Shown here piece by piece: positions 9,433 through 19,490 of a DNA stretch of 64,000 bases (its first letter is position 1; the number at the start of each line of letters is the position of its first letter). The stretch lies in the NCBI GenBank assembly GCA_002425705.1, contig DIMT01000001.1, positions 46,221 to 110,220 of the forward strand, given 5' to 3'. The notes under the pieces were generated by a model, which was not told where the DNA came from, ran no database searches, and was given only the letters and a program-made list of their open reading frames with translations. Source of the DNA: Firmicutes bacterium UBA5559. GTDB taxonomy: Bacteria; Bacillota; Clostridia; Peptostreptococcales; Anaerovoracaceae. A program made the position numbers and the translations under genes.

Positions 9433-10317
9433 ATGATAAAAAGTATGACCGGCTTCGGAAGAGGCGAATTCAGCGACGGCAAAAGGACCATCATAGCAGA
9501 GATCCGGGCCGTCAACCACCGTTACAGCGACATCACCGTCAAGATGCCCCGGCGCTATTCCTTTGCCGAGGATCGTATTAAAAATGCGGTCAAAGAAGTA
9601 GTGAGAAGGGGCAAGCTGGAAGTATCCATCATCGTGGAGAATATCACGGAGGATGATACCAACATCCGGCTCAACACCATGGTAGCCCGTCAGTATTTCG
9701 ACAATCTGAATCTTTTAAAGGAAGAATTCGGCCTGACCGGCGAAGTGACCCTGCCTTTCCTGGCTGGTCTCCCTGACGTTATGAAGGCGGTCCCCGATGT
9801 GGAAGATGAAGAAGAAATCACGAAATGCCTGGAAACATCGGTTCAGTCGGCAGCCCGGCATCTGGATGAAATGAGGATTGCCGAGGGAGAAAAACTGGCG
9901 GAGGATCTTCTGGCCAGAGGAAAGCATATCCGGGAGCTGGTGGACCGGATTGAGGATCGAGCTCCCCGGGTCGTGGAGGTTTACACGGAAAAGCTCAAAG
10001 CCCGTATCAAAGAACTGATCGGCAGCAGCGCTACTGTTCCGGAAGACCGAATCCTTTTGGAAGCAGCCATCTTTGCTGATAAATCCAATATCACCGAGGA
10101 ACTGGTCCGGCTGGACAGCCATATCCAGCAGCTCCATTCCATCATATCCAACAGCAGCCAGCCTGACGGTAAAAAACTGGATTTTCTGGTCCAGGAGATG
10201 AACCGGGAAGCCAACACTATTGGTTCCAAGGCCAATGACATGGAGATAACCAACGTAATGCTGGAAATCAAAAGCGAAATTGAAAAGATTCGGGAACAGG
10301 TTCAGAACATCGAATAA
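9433..10317 (+). CDS. yicC: YicC-family stress-induced protein
   Basis: ATG 9433 follows AGGAG. MIKSMTGFGRGE and the C-terminal FLVQEMNREANTIGSKAND motif are present. Confidence 0.9.
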   Translation: MIKSMTGFGRGEFSDGKRTIIAEIRAVNHRYSDITVKMPRRYSFAEDRIKNAVKEVVRRGKLEVSIIVENITEDDTNIRLNTMVARQYFDNLNLLKEEFGLTGEVTLPFLAGLPDVMKAVPDVEDEEEITKCLETSVQSAARHLDEMRIAEGEKLAEDLLARGKHIRELVDRIEDRAPRVVEVYTEKLKARIKELIGSSATVPEDRILLEAAIFADKSNITEELVRLDSHIQQLHSIISNSSQPDGKKLDFLVQEMNREANTIGSKANDMEITNVMLEIKSEIEKIREQVQNIE

Positions 10318-10348
10318 AACCTGCCCGGCAATTCATCCTGATTCCTTA

Positions 10349-10377
10349 TTGAACAGGCTGACAGATTGTGCTATAAT
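10349..10377 (+). promoter_or_regulatory. SigA-type promoter upstream of gmk
   Basis: TTGAAC (10349-54), 17 nt spacer, TATAAT (10372-77), with TG at the extended -10 position. Confidence 0.6.
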
Positions 10378-10413
10378 GTACATTCAACTGAAGAATAACA
10401 AAGGGGAATATAC

Positions 10414-11022
10414 ATGAAAAAAGGTCAGCTGTTTATCGTTTCCGGGCCCTCCGGCGCCGGGAAGGGGACCATATGCCAGAAGCTGGTCAGCGAAATGGAT
10501 GTTGAACTGTCGATTTCCATGACCACCAGAAATCCAAGGCCAGGGGAGGTAGACGGGGTCAACTATTATTTTGTGACCCGGGAAGAATTTGAGCAAGCCA
10601 TTCAGGAAGGGGACCTGCTGGAATACGCCGAGGTTTACGGCAACTTCTACGGGACGCCGAAGAAAAAAGTCCTGGATAAAATGGCCGAAGGCAAGGATGT
10701 GGTTCTGGAGATTGATATTCAGGGAGCCCTGAAGGTCCGAAAAGAATACCCCCAGGGCATTTACATCTTCATCCTGCCCCCCTCCATGACCGAGCTTCGG
10801 AAGCGAATCACCCGAAGGGGATCGGACAGTCCCGATTCCATCGAACTCAGGCTTGGAAAGACCCTTTCGGAAGTATCCTACATCGACAAATACAATTATT
10901 GTGTTATCAATGAAGACCTGGAAGAAGCAGTAGCAAGGGTGAAAGCCATTATCCTGGCGGAACATTCCAGAGTATCCGAGCAAATATACGAACTGATTAA
11001 GAATTATAAGGAGGAAGTCTGA
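10414..11022 (+). CDS. gmk: Guanylate kinase
   Basis: GPSGAGKGT P-loop, TTRNPRPGEVDGVNYYF, and YGNFYGTP. Confidence 0.95.
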   Translation: MKKGQLFIVSGPSGAGKGTICQKLVSEMDVELSISMTTRNPRPGEVDGVNYYFVTREEFEQAIQEGDLLEYAEVYGNFYGTPKKKVLDKMAEGKDVVLEIDIQGALKVRKEYPQGIYIFILPPSMTELRKRITRRGSDSPDSIELRLGKTLSEVSYIDKYNYCVINEDLEEAVARVKAIILAEHSRVSEQIYELIKNYKEEV

Positions 11023-11023
11023 T

Positions 11024-11215
11024 ATGCTGTATCCATCCATCAATGAGATCAGAAAAAAAGCCGACAGTCGCTATACCCTGGTAGTCCTGGCAGCGAAAAG
11101 AGCCCGGGATATTATCGAAGGGAAACCTAAGCTGACTACGGATCCGGTGGAAAAGCCCGTATCCATTGCTGCCCACGAAATCGCAGAAGATCTGATCACC
11201 TATAGCCGTCAGTAA
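11024..11215 (+). CDS. rpoZ: DNA-directed RNA polymerase subunit omega
   Basis: 63 aa, SRYTLVVLAAKRARDI, located immediately after gmk. Confidence 0.9.
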   Translation: MLYPSINEIRKKADSRYTLVVLAAKRARDIIEGKPKLTTDPVEKPVSIAAHEIAEDLITYSRQ

Positions 11216-11227
11216 ATGACACGGAAG

Positions 11228-11255
11228 CAGCGGAGCCACTCCGCTGTATTTTTTT
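11228..11255 (+). terminator. Rho-independent terminator after rpoZ
   Basis: CAGCGGAG-CCA-CTCCGCTG followed by TATTTTTTT. Confidence 0.8.
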
Positions 11256-11274
11256 GAAAGAAGGGAATCATTAT

Positions 11275-11991
11275 ATGGGAACCATGTACGACCGAACCTC
11301 CTGGCTGATTGGGGAAGAGGCCATGGAAAAACTGAAGATTTCCCGGGTCATCGTTTTCGGCCTGGGAGGGGTGGGAGGAATCTGTACGGAAGCCCTGGCC
11401 AGAGCCGGAGTCGGTTCCATCGATCTGGTGGATTTTGACCGGGTGGACATTACCAACCTGAACCGGCAGGTGATTGCTTTTCACAGTACTTTAGGAAAGC
11501 CAAAAACAGAGGCTATGGCGGCATGTATCCGGGATATCAACCCGGAAGCCCGGATACGGGAGTACGGACTTCGGGTGACCTGGGAGAACGTGGGGGAGCT
11601 GATCCAGCCGGATGTGGATTACGTGGTGGATGCCATCGATGACGTCCAGGGAAAGCTAGCCATCATCACCCGGGCCAGGGAACTGAATCTGCCGGTGATT
11701 TCTTCCATGGGAACCGGAAACAAGCTGCAGGGAGAAAAATTCACCATTTCACCCATCGAAAAAACCCATACCTGCCCTTTAGCTAAGCGGATCCGCAAAG
11801 AACTGAAGGAACGGGATATTCGAGGGATTAAGGTGGTTTATTCCCCGGAGGAGCCCTTTCGTGCAATAGAAGCTACTGAGGAAACCCGCTCTCCAGCCAG
11901 CATCTCTTTTATTCCCCCCATTGCCGGGTTGCTTTTAGCGGGTGAAATTGTAAGGGACCTCACTAAAATGGAAAGAAATGACATGCGATAA
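11275..11991 (+). CDS. tcdA: ThiF-family tRNA threonylcarbamoyladenosine dehydratase
   Basis: VIVFGLGGVGG Rossmann motif, DFDRVDITNLNRQ, and a size of about 238 aa. The ATG at 11254 is an alternative start. Confidence 0.75.
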   Translation: MGTMYDRTSWLIGEEAMEKLKISRVIVFGLGGVGGICTEALARAGVGSIDLVDFDRVDITNLNRQVIAFHSTLGKPKTEAMAACIRDINPEARIREYGLRVTWENVGELIQPDVDYVVDAIDDVQGKLAIITRARELNLPVISSMGTGNKLQGEKFTISPIEKTHTCPLAKRIRKELKERDIRGIKVVYSPEEPFRAIEATEETRSPASISFIPPIAGLLLAGEIVRDLTKMERNDMR

Positions 11992-12077
11992 GTTGGATTT
12001 GATAAACAATGCGTTTAGCCGGGTTGCCCTGCCTATTCTCCTCTCGGTACACTACCCTTTAAGGAGGTTGAAAATGC

Positions 12078-12455
12078 ATGGAGTTCATACCTGTAATCAA
12101 ATCGAAGGAAATCCATCGGATCCTGACCAAAGAGCTTCTTTATGTGGAGCAGTATCAACGAAAGATCCGGCTGGTCACCCGGGAAGTCACCCTGGAGACC
12201 TACGGCAGGATTCAGGAATTTATTCCCTATCTGGGAGATAATTTCATGAAGTGTCATCAGAGTCTGTATGTCAACATGGATCAGATCCGATCCATGAAGG
12301 ACCAGTCCATCCAACTTTTCGGCGGCATGGAAGTTCCCTTGAGCCGGGACAAATTCACCTCGGCCAAGCAGAGGTTCAGCCGTTACCTGACGGAGGGAAA
12401 AAAGTTGGCCATTGGTTTAATTTTTTCTTGCAATTTCACCGGCTTTATAGTATAG
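12078..12455 (+). CDS. Stand-alone LytTR DNA-binding domain protein
   Basis: 125 aa. ILYVEQYQRKIRLVT...FMKCHQSLYVNMDQIRSM...VPLSRDKF matches the LytTR pattern. There is no receiver domain. AAGGAGG sits 10 nt upstream. Confidence 0.75.
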   Translation: MEFIPVIKSKEIHRILTKELLYVEQYQRKIRLVTREVTLETYGRIQEFIPYLGDNFMKCHQSLYVNMDQIRSMKDQSIQLFGGMEVPLSRDKFTSAKQRFSRYLTEGKKLAIGLIFSCNFTGFIV

Positions 12456-12456
12456 T
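12428..12456 (+). promoter_or_regulatory. SigA-type promoter for rpsB-tsf
   Basis: TTGCAA, 17 nt spacer, TATAGT. It would give a leader of about 120 nt before rpsB. Confidence 0.5.
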
Positions 12457-12580
12457 TTTTGTTGGTCTACGAGAATGGACCAGAACGTATTAGTCACACC
12501 GGAATACTTGAGGATTGGTGCCCGAATCGGGTTGTTCTCACGGGAGGTCCGGTGGAAGCGTAAAACCAGGAGGTAGAAAA

Positions 12581-13357
12581 ATGGCAGTTATATCAATGAA
12601 ACAATTATTGGAAGCCGGTGTACATTTCGGCCACCAGACCAGAAGATGGAACCCAAAGATGGCTCCTTACATCTTCACTGAAAGAAACGGCATCTACATC
12701 ATCGACCTGCAGAAAACCGTCCGAAAAATCGATGAGGCCTATGACTTCATGAGAAAAGTCGGAGAAAGCGGAAAGCCGGTTCTGTTCGTAGGAACCAAGA
12801 AACAGGCACAGACTGCTATCGAGGATGAAGCAAAGCGATGCGGCATGTTCTTCGTCAACCAGAGATGGCTGGGCGGCATGCTGACCAACCACAAGACCAT
12901 TTCCGGAAGAATCAAGAGACTGAACGACATCAAGACCATGGAAGTGGATGGCACCTTTGCAAAACTTTCCAAGAAGGAAGTCCTGAAACTGAAGCTGGAA
13001 CTGGAAAGACTGGAAAAATTCCTGGGCGGTATCAAAGACATGAAGGGTATGCCCGGCGCACTGTTCGTCGTGGATCCTAAAAAGGAAAGAATCGCTGTGA
13101 AGGAAGCCAGAATCCTGGGCATTCCCATCGTTGGAATCGTGGACACCAACTGTGACCCCGATGATGTGGATTTTGTCATCCCAGCCAACGACGATGCCAT
13201 CCGTGCGGTAAAACTGATTGCCGGAAGAATGGCAGATGCCATCATCGAAGCAAACCAGGGCGAAAGCTATGATGAAGGCCCGACCGCTGAAGCAGAAATC
13301 GCAGCAGCTGAAGCAGAAGCTGCAGAAGCAGAAGTGGCAGAAGATACGGAAGCATAA
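12581..13357 (+). CDS. rpsB: 30S ribosomal protein S2
   Basis: ATG 12581 follows [33 protein letters not shown] is present, and the C-terminal tail is acidic and Ala-rich. Confidence 0.97.
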   Translation: MAVISMKQLLEAGVHFGHQTRRWNPKMAPYIFTERNGIYIIDLQKTVRKIDEAYDFMRKVGESGKPVLFVGTKKQAQTAIEDEAKRCGMFFVNQRWLGGMLTNHKTISGRIKRLNDIKTMEVDGTFAKLSKKEVLKLKLELERLEKFLGGIKDMKGMPGALFVVDPKKERIAVKEARILGIPIVGIVDTNCDPDDVDFVIPANDDAIRAVKLIAGRMADAIIEANQGESYDEGPTAEAEIAAAEAEAAEAEVAEDTEA

Positions 13358-13414
13358 ATTTCAAGTGGCCCTGGCGGAAACGCCGGGCCCGAATTATTAT
13401 AGGAGGAATAGATT

Positions 13415-14329
13415 ATGGCAATTAGCGCATCAATGGTAAAAGAGCTGCGGGAAAGAACCGGAGCAGGAATGATGGACTGTAAAAAGGTCCTGGAAGAAAC
13501 CGATGGTGATATGGATAAGGCAATTGAAGTCCTTCGGGAAAAGGGACTTGCCAAAGCAGCCAAGAAAGCCGGCCGTGTAGCCGCTGAAGGTCTGGTTCGA
13601 ATTGCCTTCGCAGATGGCGGAAAAGCGGCAGCCATGGTTGAAGTCAACTCAGAAACCGACTTCGTAGCAAAAAATGAAGAGTTCGTTGGATTCGTAGAAA
13701 ACCTGGCCCTTCTGGCCCTGAATGCTGAAAGCGATGATGTTGCTTCCTTCATGAATCTGAACTATCAGGGTGAAGGCACTGTTCAGGAAGCCCTGAACGG
13801 AAAAATCGCCACCATCGGCGAAAACCTGTCCGTACGAAGAATCTATAAAGCTGAAGATCCGGCCATGGTGTACGTAGGATACACCCACGGAAACGGAAAG
13901 ATCGGTGTTGTCATCGGTCTGGAAACCGAAGCTTCCCTGGACCAGGTTCAGGTTTGCGGTAAAGACGTGGCTATGCAGGTGGCTTCCATGAATCCCAAGT
14001 TCGTGGACGAAACCGGTGTGGACCCGGCTTGGCTGGAAGAAGAAACTAAGATTGCCACACAGCTTCTGCTCAATGAAGGCAAGAAGCCGGAGATGCTGGA
14101 CCGGATCATCCCCGGAAAGATCAAGGCCATCCTGAAAGAAGTATGCCTGGTAGACCAGAAGTTCGTCAAGAACGGCGATGTCACCGTGAAAGAGTATGTG
14201 GACGGAATTGCCAAGGAAGTTGGCAAGCCGGTCAGAATCGCTTCCATGGTCCGATATGAAGTAGGCGAAGGCATTGAAAAGAAGGAAGAAAATTTTGCTG
14301 AAGAAGTAGCAAAACAGATGAACGCATAG
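13415..14329 (+). CDS. tsf: Translation elongation factor Ts
   Basis: MVKELRERTGAGMMDCKKVLEETDGDMDKAIEVLREKG (UBA-like N-terminus) and VNSETDFVAKNEEF. Confidence 0.97.
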   Translation: MAISASMVKELRERTGAGMMDCKKVLEETDGDMDKAIEVLREKGLAKAAKKAGRVAAEGLVRIAFADGGKAAAMVEVNSETDFVAKNEEFVGFVENLALLALNAESDDVASFMNLNYQGEGTVQEALNGKIATIGENLSVRRIYKAEDPAMVYVGYTHGNGKIGVVIGLETEASLDQVQVCGKDVAMQVASMNPKFVDETGVDPAWLEEETKIATQLLLNEGKKPEMLDRIIPGKIKAILKEVCLVDQKFVKNGDVTVKEYVDGIAKEVGKPVRIASMVRYEVGEGIEKKEENFAEEVAKQMNA

Positions 14330-14341
14330 TGAAATTATGAT

Positions 14342-14378
14342 ATAATAAAGGGACACTTGTTTAGTGTCCCTTTATTAT
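14342..14378 (+). terminator. Stem-loop terminator after tsf
   Basis: Perfect 15-bp stem ATAATAAAGGGACAC/GTGTCCCTTTATTAT with a 7-nt loop. Confidence 0.7.
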
Positions 14379-14399
14379 GAAATTCAATAGGGAGGGACT

Positions 14400-15104
14400 A
14401 TGAAACCAAAATATGAACGAATCATTCTGAAGATCAGCGGAGAGGCCCTGGCCGGAGATAATAAATTCGGTCTGGATGAAGAAATGCTGGGACGAGTTGC
14501 CAGGCAGGTGAAGGAAATCCACGACATCGGGGTGCAGGTCGCCATCGTAGTCGGAGGCGGGAACTTCTGGCGTGGCAGGACCAGTAAGAGCATGGACCGG
14601 GCAACAGCAGACTATATGGGTATGCTGGCTACGGTCATCAATGCCATGGCCCTTCAGGACTCCTTCGAAGCCATCGGGATCCCGACCCGGGTCCAGACGG
14701 CCATCGAGATGAAGGAAGTGGCAGAGCCCTACATCCGCCGAAGAGCCATCAGTCAGCTGAACAACAATGAAGTCGTTATTTTTGGTGCCGGAACCGGCAA
14801 TCCTTTCTTTTCCACCGATACTACCGCAGCACTGCGGGCAGCGGAAATCGAAGCGGATGTGATCCTGCTGGCTAAAAATGTTGACGCAGTCTATTCCGAT
14901 GATCCCCAGACCAATCCCGATGCGATCCGCTATACGGAACTGTCCCACCGGGAGGTGCTGGAAAAGGATCTGAAGGTCATGGACGCCACTGCAGCCAGCC
15001 TGTGCAGGGACAACAGCATTCCGATTCATGTCTTTGCCGTATCGGAGGAAGGCAATATCCTGAAAGCTATTATGGGCGAAAAAATCGGTACAATCATTAC
15101 GTAG
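14400..15104 (+). CDS. pyrH: UMP kinase
   Basis: [23 protein letters not shown], and [17 protein letters not shown]. Confidence 0.97.
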   Translation: MKPKYERIILKISGEALAGDNKFGLDEEMLGRVARQVKEIHDIGVQVAIVVGGGNFWRGRTSKSMDRATADYMGMLATVINAMALQDSFEAIGIPTRVQTAIEMKEVAEPYIRRRAISQLNNNEVVIFGAGTGNPFFSTDTTAALRAAEIEADVILLAKNVDAVYSDDPQTNPDAIRYTELSHREVLEKDLKVMDATAASLCRDNSIPIHVFAVSEEGNILKAIMGEKIGTIIT

Positions 15105-15116
15105 GAGGATTAGATC

Positions 15117-15674
15117 ATGAGTAAAGACGTTCAGGAAATTCTGGAACAAAAGATGCAGAAAACCATCGCCGTCCTTAAAGACGAACTTAATACCGTCCGG
15201 GCCGGCAGAGCCAATCCCGCATTGCTGGATCGGGTGGTGGTGGATTATTACGGAAGCCCGACACCATTGAAGAACTTATCCAACATCAGTGTTCCGGATC
15301 CCAGGACCCTGATGATCGCTCCCTTTGATCCGAAAACCATCAACGACATCGAAAAGGCCATCAATCTCCTTAATCTGGGCATCAATCCCACCAATGACGG
15401 AAAGATCATCCGGATGGTGGTACCCCAGCTGACGGAAGAACGGCGTAAAGAGCTGACCAAGGTGGTTAAAAAGTTTGGTGAAGATGCCAAGGTCGCTGTC
15501 CGGAACGAACGGCGGGATGCCAACGATGAGCTGAAAAAGCAGGAAAAGGCCGGAGAACTGACAGAGGATGATCTGAAAAAGGAAATGGAACTGGTCCAGA
15601 AAAAGACGGACAAGACCATCAAGGACATCGACGACATCATCGCAGCAAAAGATAAGGAAATCTTGGAAGTATAG
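15117..15674 (+). CDS. frr: Ribosome recycling factor
   Basis: 185 aa with LNTVRAGRANPALLD and LTEERRKELTKVVKK. Confidence 0.97.
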   Translation: MSKDVQEILEQKMQKTIAVLKDELNTVRAGRANPALLDRVVVDYYGSPTPLKNLSNISVPDPRTLMIAPFDPKTINDIEKAINLLNLGINPTNDGKIIRMVVPQLTEERRKELTKVVKKFGEDAKVAVRNERRDANDELKKQEKAGELTEDDLKKEMELVQKKTDKTIKDIDDIIAAKDKEILEV

Positions 15675-15722
15675 AGACCACAGGGATTGATCTCAAGTGG
15701 TTAACTGAAACAGTCAGGACAG

Positions 15723-15767
15723 GCGGATATGAGGTGTGGCTAGGACACAGCCATATCCGCTTTTTTT
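15723..15767 (+). terminator. Rho-independent terminator after frr
   Basis: GCGGATATG...CATATCCGC stem followed by TTTTTTT. Confidence 0.85.
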
Positions 15768-15777
15768 AAGGAGTTTT

Positions 15778-16515
15778 ATGAAGAATATCGATCTGAACCG
15801 GATCCCTTCCCATATCGCCATCGTCATGGATGGTAACGGCAGGTGGGCTCAGGCCCATGGAGTTCCAAGACTGGCTGGACACAACGCCGGTATGCTGGCC
15901 ATGAAAAACATCGTCCGGCGATGTGGCCAGTTGGGTGTTGGCCATTTAACCGTGTACGCTTTTTCCACAGAAAACTGGAAACGGTCAGCCGAAGAAGTCG
16001 GCGGCATCTTCCGGCTTCTGATTCTATATGTTGAAAGGGAGCTGGCCGAACTCCACAAGAACAATGTTCGGGTCAGCATTCTGGGGGATTATGAAAAGCT
16101 TCCCGCTGATGCAGTAAGCAGCCTGAAAAAAGCCCTGAAAAAGACGGCAGGCAACACAGGCCTCCACTTTTGCATTGCCCTGAATTACGGCAGCCGGGAT
16201 GAGATCACCCAGGCATGCCGCAGGCTGGCTGTAAAAGCAAAGGCAGGGCAATTGGATCCGGAGGATATCACCGCCGACCACATCAGCCGCCACCTCTTTA
16301 CCGGTGAAGAAATGGAAAGGGTTCCCGATCCCGATCTGGTGATCCGTACCAGCGGGGAGAAGAGGCTGTCTAATTTTCTCCTGTGGCAGAGTGCCTACAG
16401 TGAATTCGTCTTTGTGGACACCTTGTGGCCGGATTTTACCGTGGAAGAATTTGAAAAAGCTATTATCGAGTATCAAGGCCGGGAACGGCGCTTTGGGGGG
16501 AGAGAACAAAAATGA
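15778..16515 (+). CDS. uppS: Undecaprenyl diphosphate synthase (cis-prenyltransferase)
   Basis: ATG 15778 follows AAGGAG. HIAIVMDGNGRWA, FSTENWKR, and RTSGEKRLSNFLLWQSAYSEF are present. Confidence 0.95.
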   Translation: MKNIDLNRIPSHIAIVMDGNGRWAQAHGVPRLAGHNAGMLAMKNIVRRCGQLGVGHLTVYAFSTENWKRSAEEVGGIFRLLILYVERELAELHKNNVRVSILGDYEKLPADAVSSLKKALKKTAGNTGLHFCIALNYGSRDEITQACRRLAVKAKAGQLDPEDITADHISRHLFTGEEMERVPDPDLVIRTSGEKRLSNFLLWQSAYSEFVFVDTLWPDFTVEEFEKAIIEYQGRERRFGGREQK

Positions 16516-17300
16516 AAACGAGAATTTTATCGGGTATCATCATGCTTCCCCTGCTGGCCTTTGTCTTCGTCGGCGGCAAACTGCTCCTGGCCGGCTGTTT
16601 TCTGCTGAGCATCCTGGCACTCCGGGAGTTTTACAACGGGTTTTCCGGCCTCTCCATCACTCCGTCGGTACCCATCGGCATGGCTATGGCATTTTTGCTC
16701 TACACCGGGAATCTGCTGGGAATGAGCCAGGAGACCCATTGGGTCCTCTTCTGGTTCTTCTTGTCCGTCCTGCTTTCCCTACTGTATCTGTTTAAAATTG
16801 AGGAGCGGAAGCCGGAGGATATGCTGGCCACCATCGGCGGACTCTTTTATGTGGTCTTTTTCAGTTACCATATCATCCTGACGGAACAGACAGGCGAATA
16901 TCGCCTGCTGGTCTGGCTGATTTTCCTGACGGCCTTCGGAACAGACATTTTTGCCTACTTTACCGGTGTATTTCTCGGGAAGCACAAGCTCTGCCCGACC
17001 ATCAGCCCAAAGAAAACCATTGAAGGCTCGGTGGGAGGGATCCTGGGCAGTATGGCCTTATCGGGGGTTTTCGGTTATTTTGTGGTGCCGGAGCTGCTGA
17101 TCCACTGCCTGGTCATCGCTTTCCTGGGAGGGATCATTTCCCAGCTGGGAGACCTGACCGCTTCCATTTTCAAGCGTAAGATGGGGCTTAAGGATTATGG
17201 CAATCTGATTCCCGGCCATGGCGGTGTCCTGGACCGGATCGACAGCGTTCTCTTTACCGCTCCACTGGTTTACTATTACATTGAGTTCATTATCCGATAA
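16512..17300 (+). CDS. cdsA: Phosphatidate cytidylyltransferase
   Basis: Multi-TM protein with the signature SIFKRKMGLKDYGNLIPGHGGVLDRIDS. Confidence 0.95.
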   Translation: MKTRILSGIIMLPLLAFVFVGGKLLLAGCFLLSILALREFYNGFSGLSITPSVPIGMAMAFLLYTGNLLGMSQETHWVLFWFFLSVLLSLLYLFKIEERKPEDMLATIGGLFYVVFFSYHIILTEQTGEYRLLVWLIFLTAFGTDIFAYFTGVFLGKHKLCPTISPKKTIEGSVGGILGSMALSGVFGYFVVPELLIHCLVIAFLGGIISQLGDLTASIFKRKMGLKDYGNLIPGHGGVLDRIDSVLFTAPLVYYYIEFIIR

Positions 17301-17319
17301 GGATGCAATAGAGGTATTT

Positions 17320-18468
17320 ATGAAAACCATATCCATCTTAGGAAGCACCGGATCCATAGGCACCCAGGCTTTGGAAATCGTTTCCGCTAATCCGGATCGC
17401 TTTCGGATCAGTGCTTTGACTTGCGGCCGCAACATCAACCTGCTGTCCCATCAAATTAGGACCTTCTCCCCGGAAATCGCCGTGGCGGAAAGAGCAGAGG
17501 ATGCCCTGGAACTTCAGAAGATCCACCCCGGAACGGAAATCCTCTGGGGTGCTGAGGGATTAATTCGGGCTGCCGAGAGTCCCTGCGACCTTCTGCTCAA
17601 TTCCCTGGTGGGCATGATGGGTCTGGTTCCCACTTTCCACGCTATCTGTAAGGGAAAGGACATCGCCTTGGCCAATAAAGAAACCTTGGTGGCAGGGGGG
17701 CAGCTGATCATGGATGCGGTCCATAATGCAGGGGTCCGGCTTCTTCCTGTGGACAGTGAGCACAGCGCCATTTTTCAGTGCCTTCAGGGCAATTCCGGCA
17801 ATCCGGTCAAAAGGCTGATTCTGACTGCTTCCGGAGGGCCCTTTCGAGGCTGGACGAAAGAACAGCTCCGCCAGGTTACGTTAGAACAGGCTCTGGATCA
17901 CCCCAGATGGACCATGGGACCCAAGATCACGGTGGATTCGGCGACCTTGATGAACAAGGGGCTGGAAGTCATTGAAGCCCGATGGCTCTTTGATGTGGCG
18001 CCGGAGCAGATTCAAGTGGCCGTCCATCCCCAGAGCATTGTCCATTCCATGGTGGAATTCCGGGACAATTCTATTCTGGCCCAATTGGGTAATCCAGACA
18101 TGAGGGTGCCTATTGCCTATGCCTTTTCCTGGCCGGAACGGGTGCCCTTCCGGGAGTCGGGACTGGATCTTTTTGGCTCCGGAGCATGTCTGACTTTCGA
18201 AGAGGTGGATGAGCAAGCCTTCCCCTGCCTGGGTTATGCCAGAAAAGCCCTGGAATATGGAGACAGTTATGCTATTGCCTTGAACGGAGCCAATGAAGTC
18301 CTGGTAGATTTGTTTCTTCGGGGAAGGATTTCCTTTATGGATATTCCCGACAAACTGGGTATTATTATGGAAGAACATCGTCCGGTTTCCATCGACTGCA
18401 TCGACACGATTTTGCAGGTGGACCGGCAGATCAGAGAAGAGGCAGCCAGACTGGCTGCCGGGGTATAA
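17320..18468 (+). CDS. dxr: 1-deoxy-D-xylulose 5-phosphate reductoisomerase
   Basis: MKTISILGSTGSIGTQALEIV, LANKETLV, and PVDSEHSAIFQCL. Confidence 0.95.
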   Translation: MKTISILGSTGSIGTQALEIVSANPDRFRISALTCGRNINLLSHQIRTFSPEIAVAERAEDALELQKIHPGTEILWGAEGLIRAAESPCDLLLNSLVGMMGLVPTFHAICKGKDIALANKETLVAGGQLIMDAVHNAGVRLLPVDSEHSAIFQCLQGNSGNPVKRLILTASGGPFRGWTKEQLRQVTLEQALDHPRWTMGPKITVDSATLMNKGLEVIEARWLFDVAPEQIQVAVHPQSIVHSMVEFRDNSILAQLGNPDMRVPIAYAFSWPERVPFRESGLDLFGSGACLTFEEVDEQAFPCLGYARKALEYGDSYAIALNGANEVLVDLFLRGRISFMDIPDKLGIIMEEHRPVSIDCIDTILQVDRQIREEAARLAAGV

Positions 18469-18482
18469 CAGGGGAGAACTCT

Positions 18483-19475
18483 ATGACCATAGTCTATTCA
18501 ATCATTATATTTTGTATCCTGATTTTCGTCCACGAACTGGGCCATTTTGCCGTCGCCAAGGCTACCGGCATCAAGGTCAAGGAATTTGCCCTGGGCATGG
18601 GACCGGCCATCTTCAAGAAAACCAAAGGGGAAACCCTTTATTCCCTCCGGATCTTTCCTATTGGCGGTTTCTGTGCTATGGAAGGGGAGGATGAGGAATC
18701 GGAGGACGACCGGGCATTTAACAACAAGCCATTCCGGGTCAAGGCTCCGGTCTTAGTGGCCGGCTCTGCCATGAACCTGCTCCTGACGATTCTGATCCTT
18801 TCCATGGTGGTCTTTTCCTACGGATTGCCCTCCACCACCCTGGAACAGATTTCACCGGAGAGTCCGGCCGCTTCAGCAGGCCTGCAGCCGGGGGACCGGC
18901 TGGTTGCCATCAATGAACTGGAAATCAAAGACTGGGAACAGGTATCCGCTGCAGTTGCAACTTCGGAAGGAAATCCCATTCCGGTGGAAGTAATCCGGGA
19001 GGGCAGCCCTGTAACAGTCACCCTGACTCCCGTAGAGGAGGAGGGAAGGCTGATCATCGGCATATCCCCCGAATTTCACAAGAAACCGATCAAATCAATC
19101 CAATATGGGTTCCAGGCCACCTGGCAGATGGGAGCCATGATGCTGGATGTGATCGGGCAGCTATTCACCGGAGATGTATCAGCCAAGGAACTGATGGGCC
19201 CGATAGGCATCGTGGGAGCAGTTGGTGACAGCGCGGAACATGGCTTTGTTTATGTGGCCCAGCTGACGGCTCTGATCAGCCTGAACCTGGCCATCGTTAA
19301 CATGCTGCCCTTCCCGGCGCTGGACGGAGGAAGACTTTTACTGCTGGTGATCCGTAAGGTTACCGGAAAGGCCATTTCCGATGAAGTGGAAGGAAAAATC
19401 CATCTGGTGGGCTTTGCCTTGCTGATGGGGCTGATGATTTATGTCACTTATCAGGATGTGCTGAGGCTCTTCTAA
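18483..19475 (+). CDS. rseP: RIP site-2 zinc metalloprotease RseP/RasP (M50)
   Basis: HELGHF (HExxH) in TM1, a PDZ segment (GLQPGDRLVAINE), and C-terminal NMLPFPALDGG. Confidence 0.92.
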   Translation: MTIVYSIIIFCILIFVHELGHFAVAKATGIKVKEFALGMGPAIFKKTKGETLYSLRIFPIGGFCAMEGEDEESEDDRAFNNKPFRVKAPVLVAGSAMNLLLTILILSMVVFSYGLPSTTLEQISPESPAASAGLQPGDRLVAINELEIKDWEQVSAAVATSEGNPIPVEVIREGSPVTVTLTPVEEEGRLIIGISPEFHKKPIKSIQYGFQATWQMGAMMLDVIGQLFTGDVSAKELMGPIGIVGAVGDSAEHGFVYVAQLTALISLNLAIVNMLPFPALDGGRLLLLVIRKVTGKAISDEVEGKIHLVGFALLMGLMIYVTYQDVLRLF

Positions 19476-19490
19476 GAAAGCGGGTACCCC

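Noticed and set aside
12515-12580. N-terminal extensions in the ORF track for many genes (rpsB 12515, uppS 15736, dxr 17218, infB 38963, argB 51507, argD 52430, sepF 2881, rqcH to 9369, yicC 9418, paaK1 32749, and others).
   Set aside because: The extensions lack an SD, overlap upstream genes or terminators, and precede canonical family N-termini that have well-spaced SD sequences. I used the internal starts.
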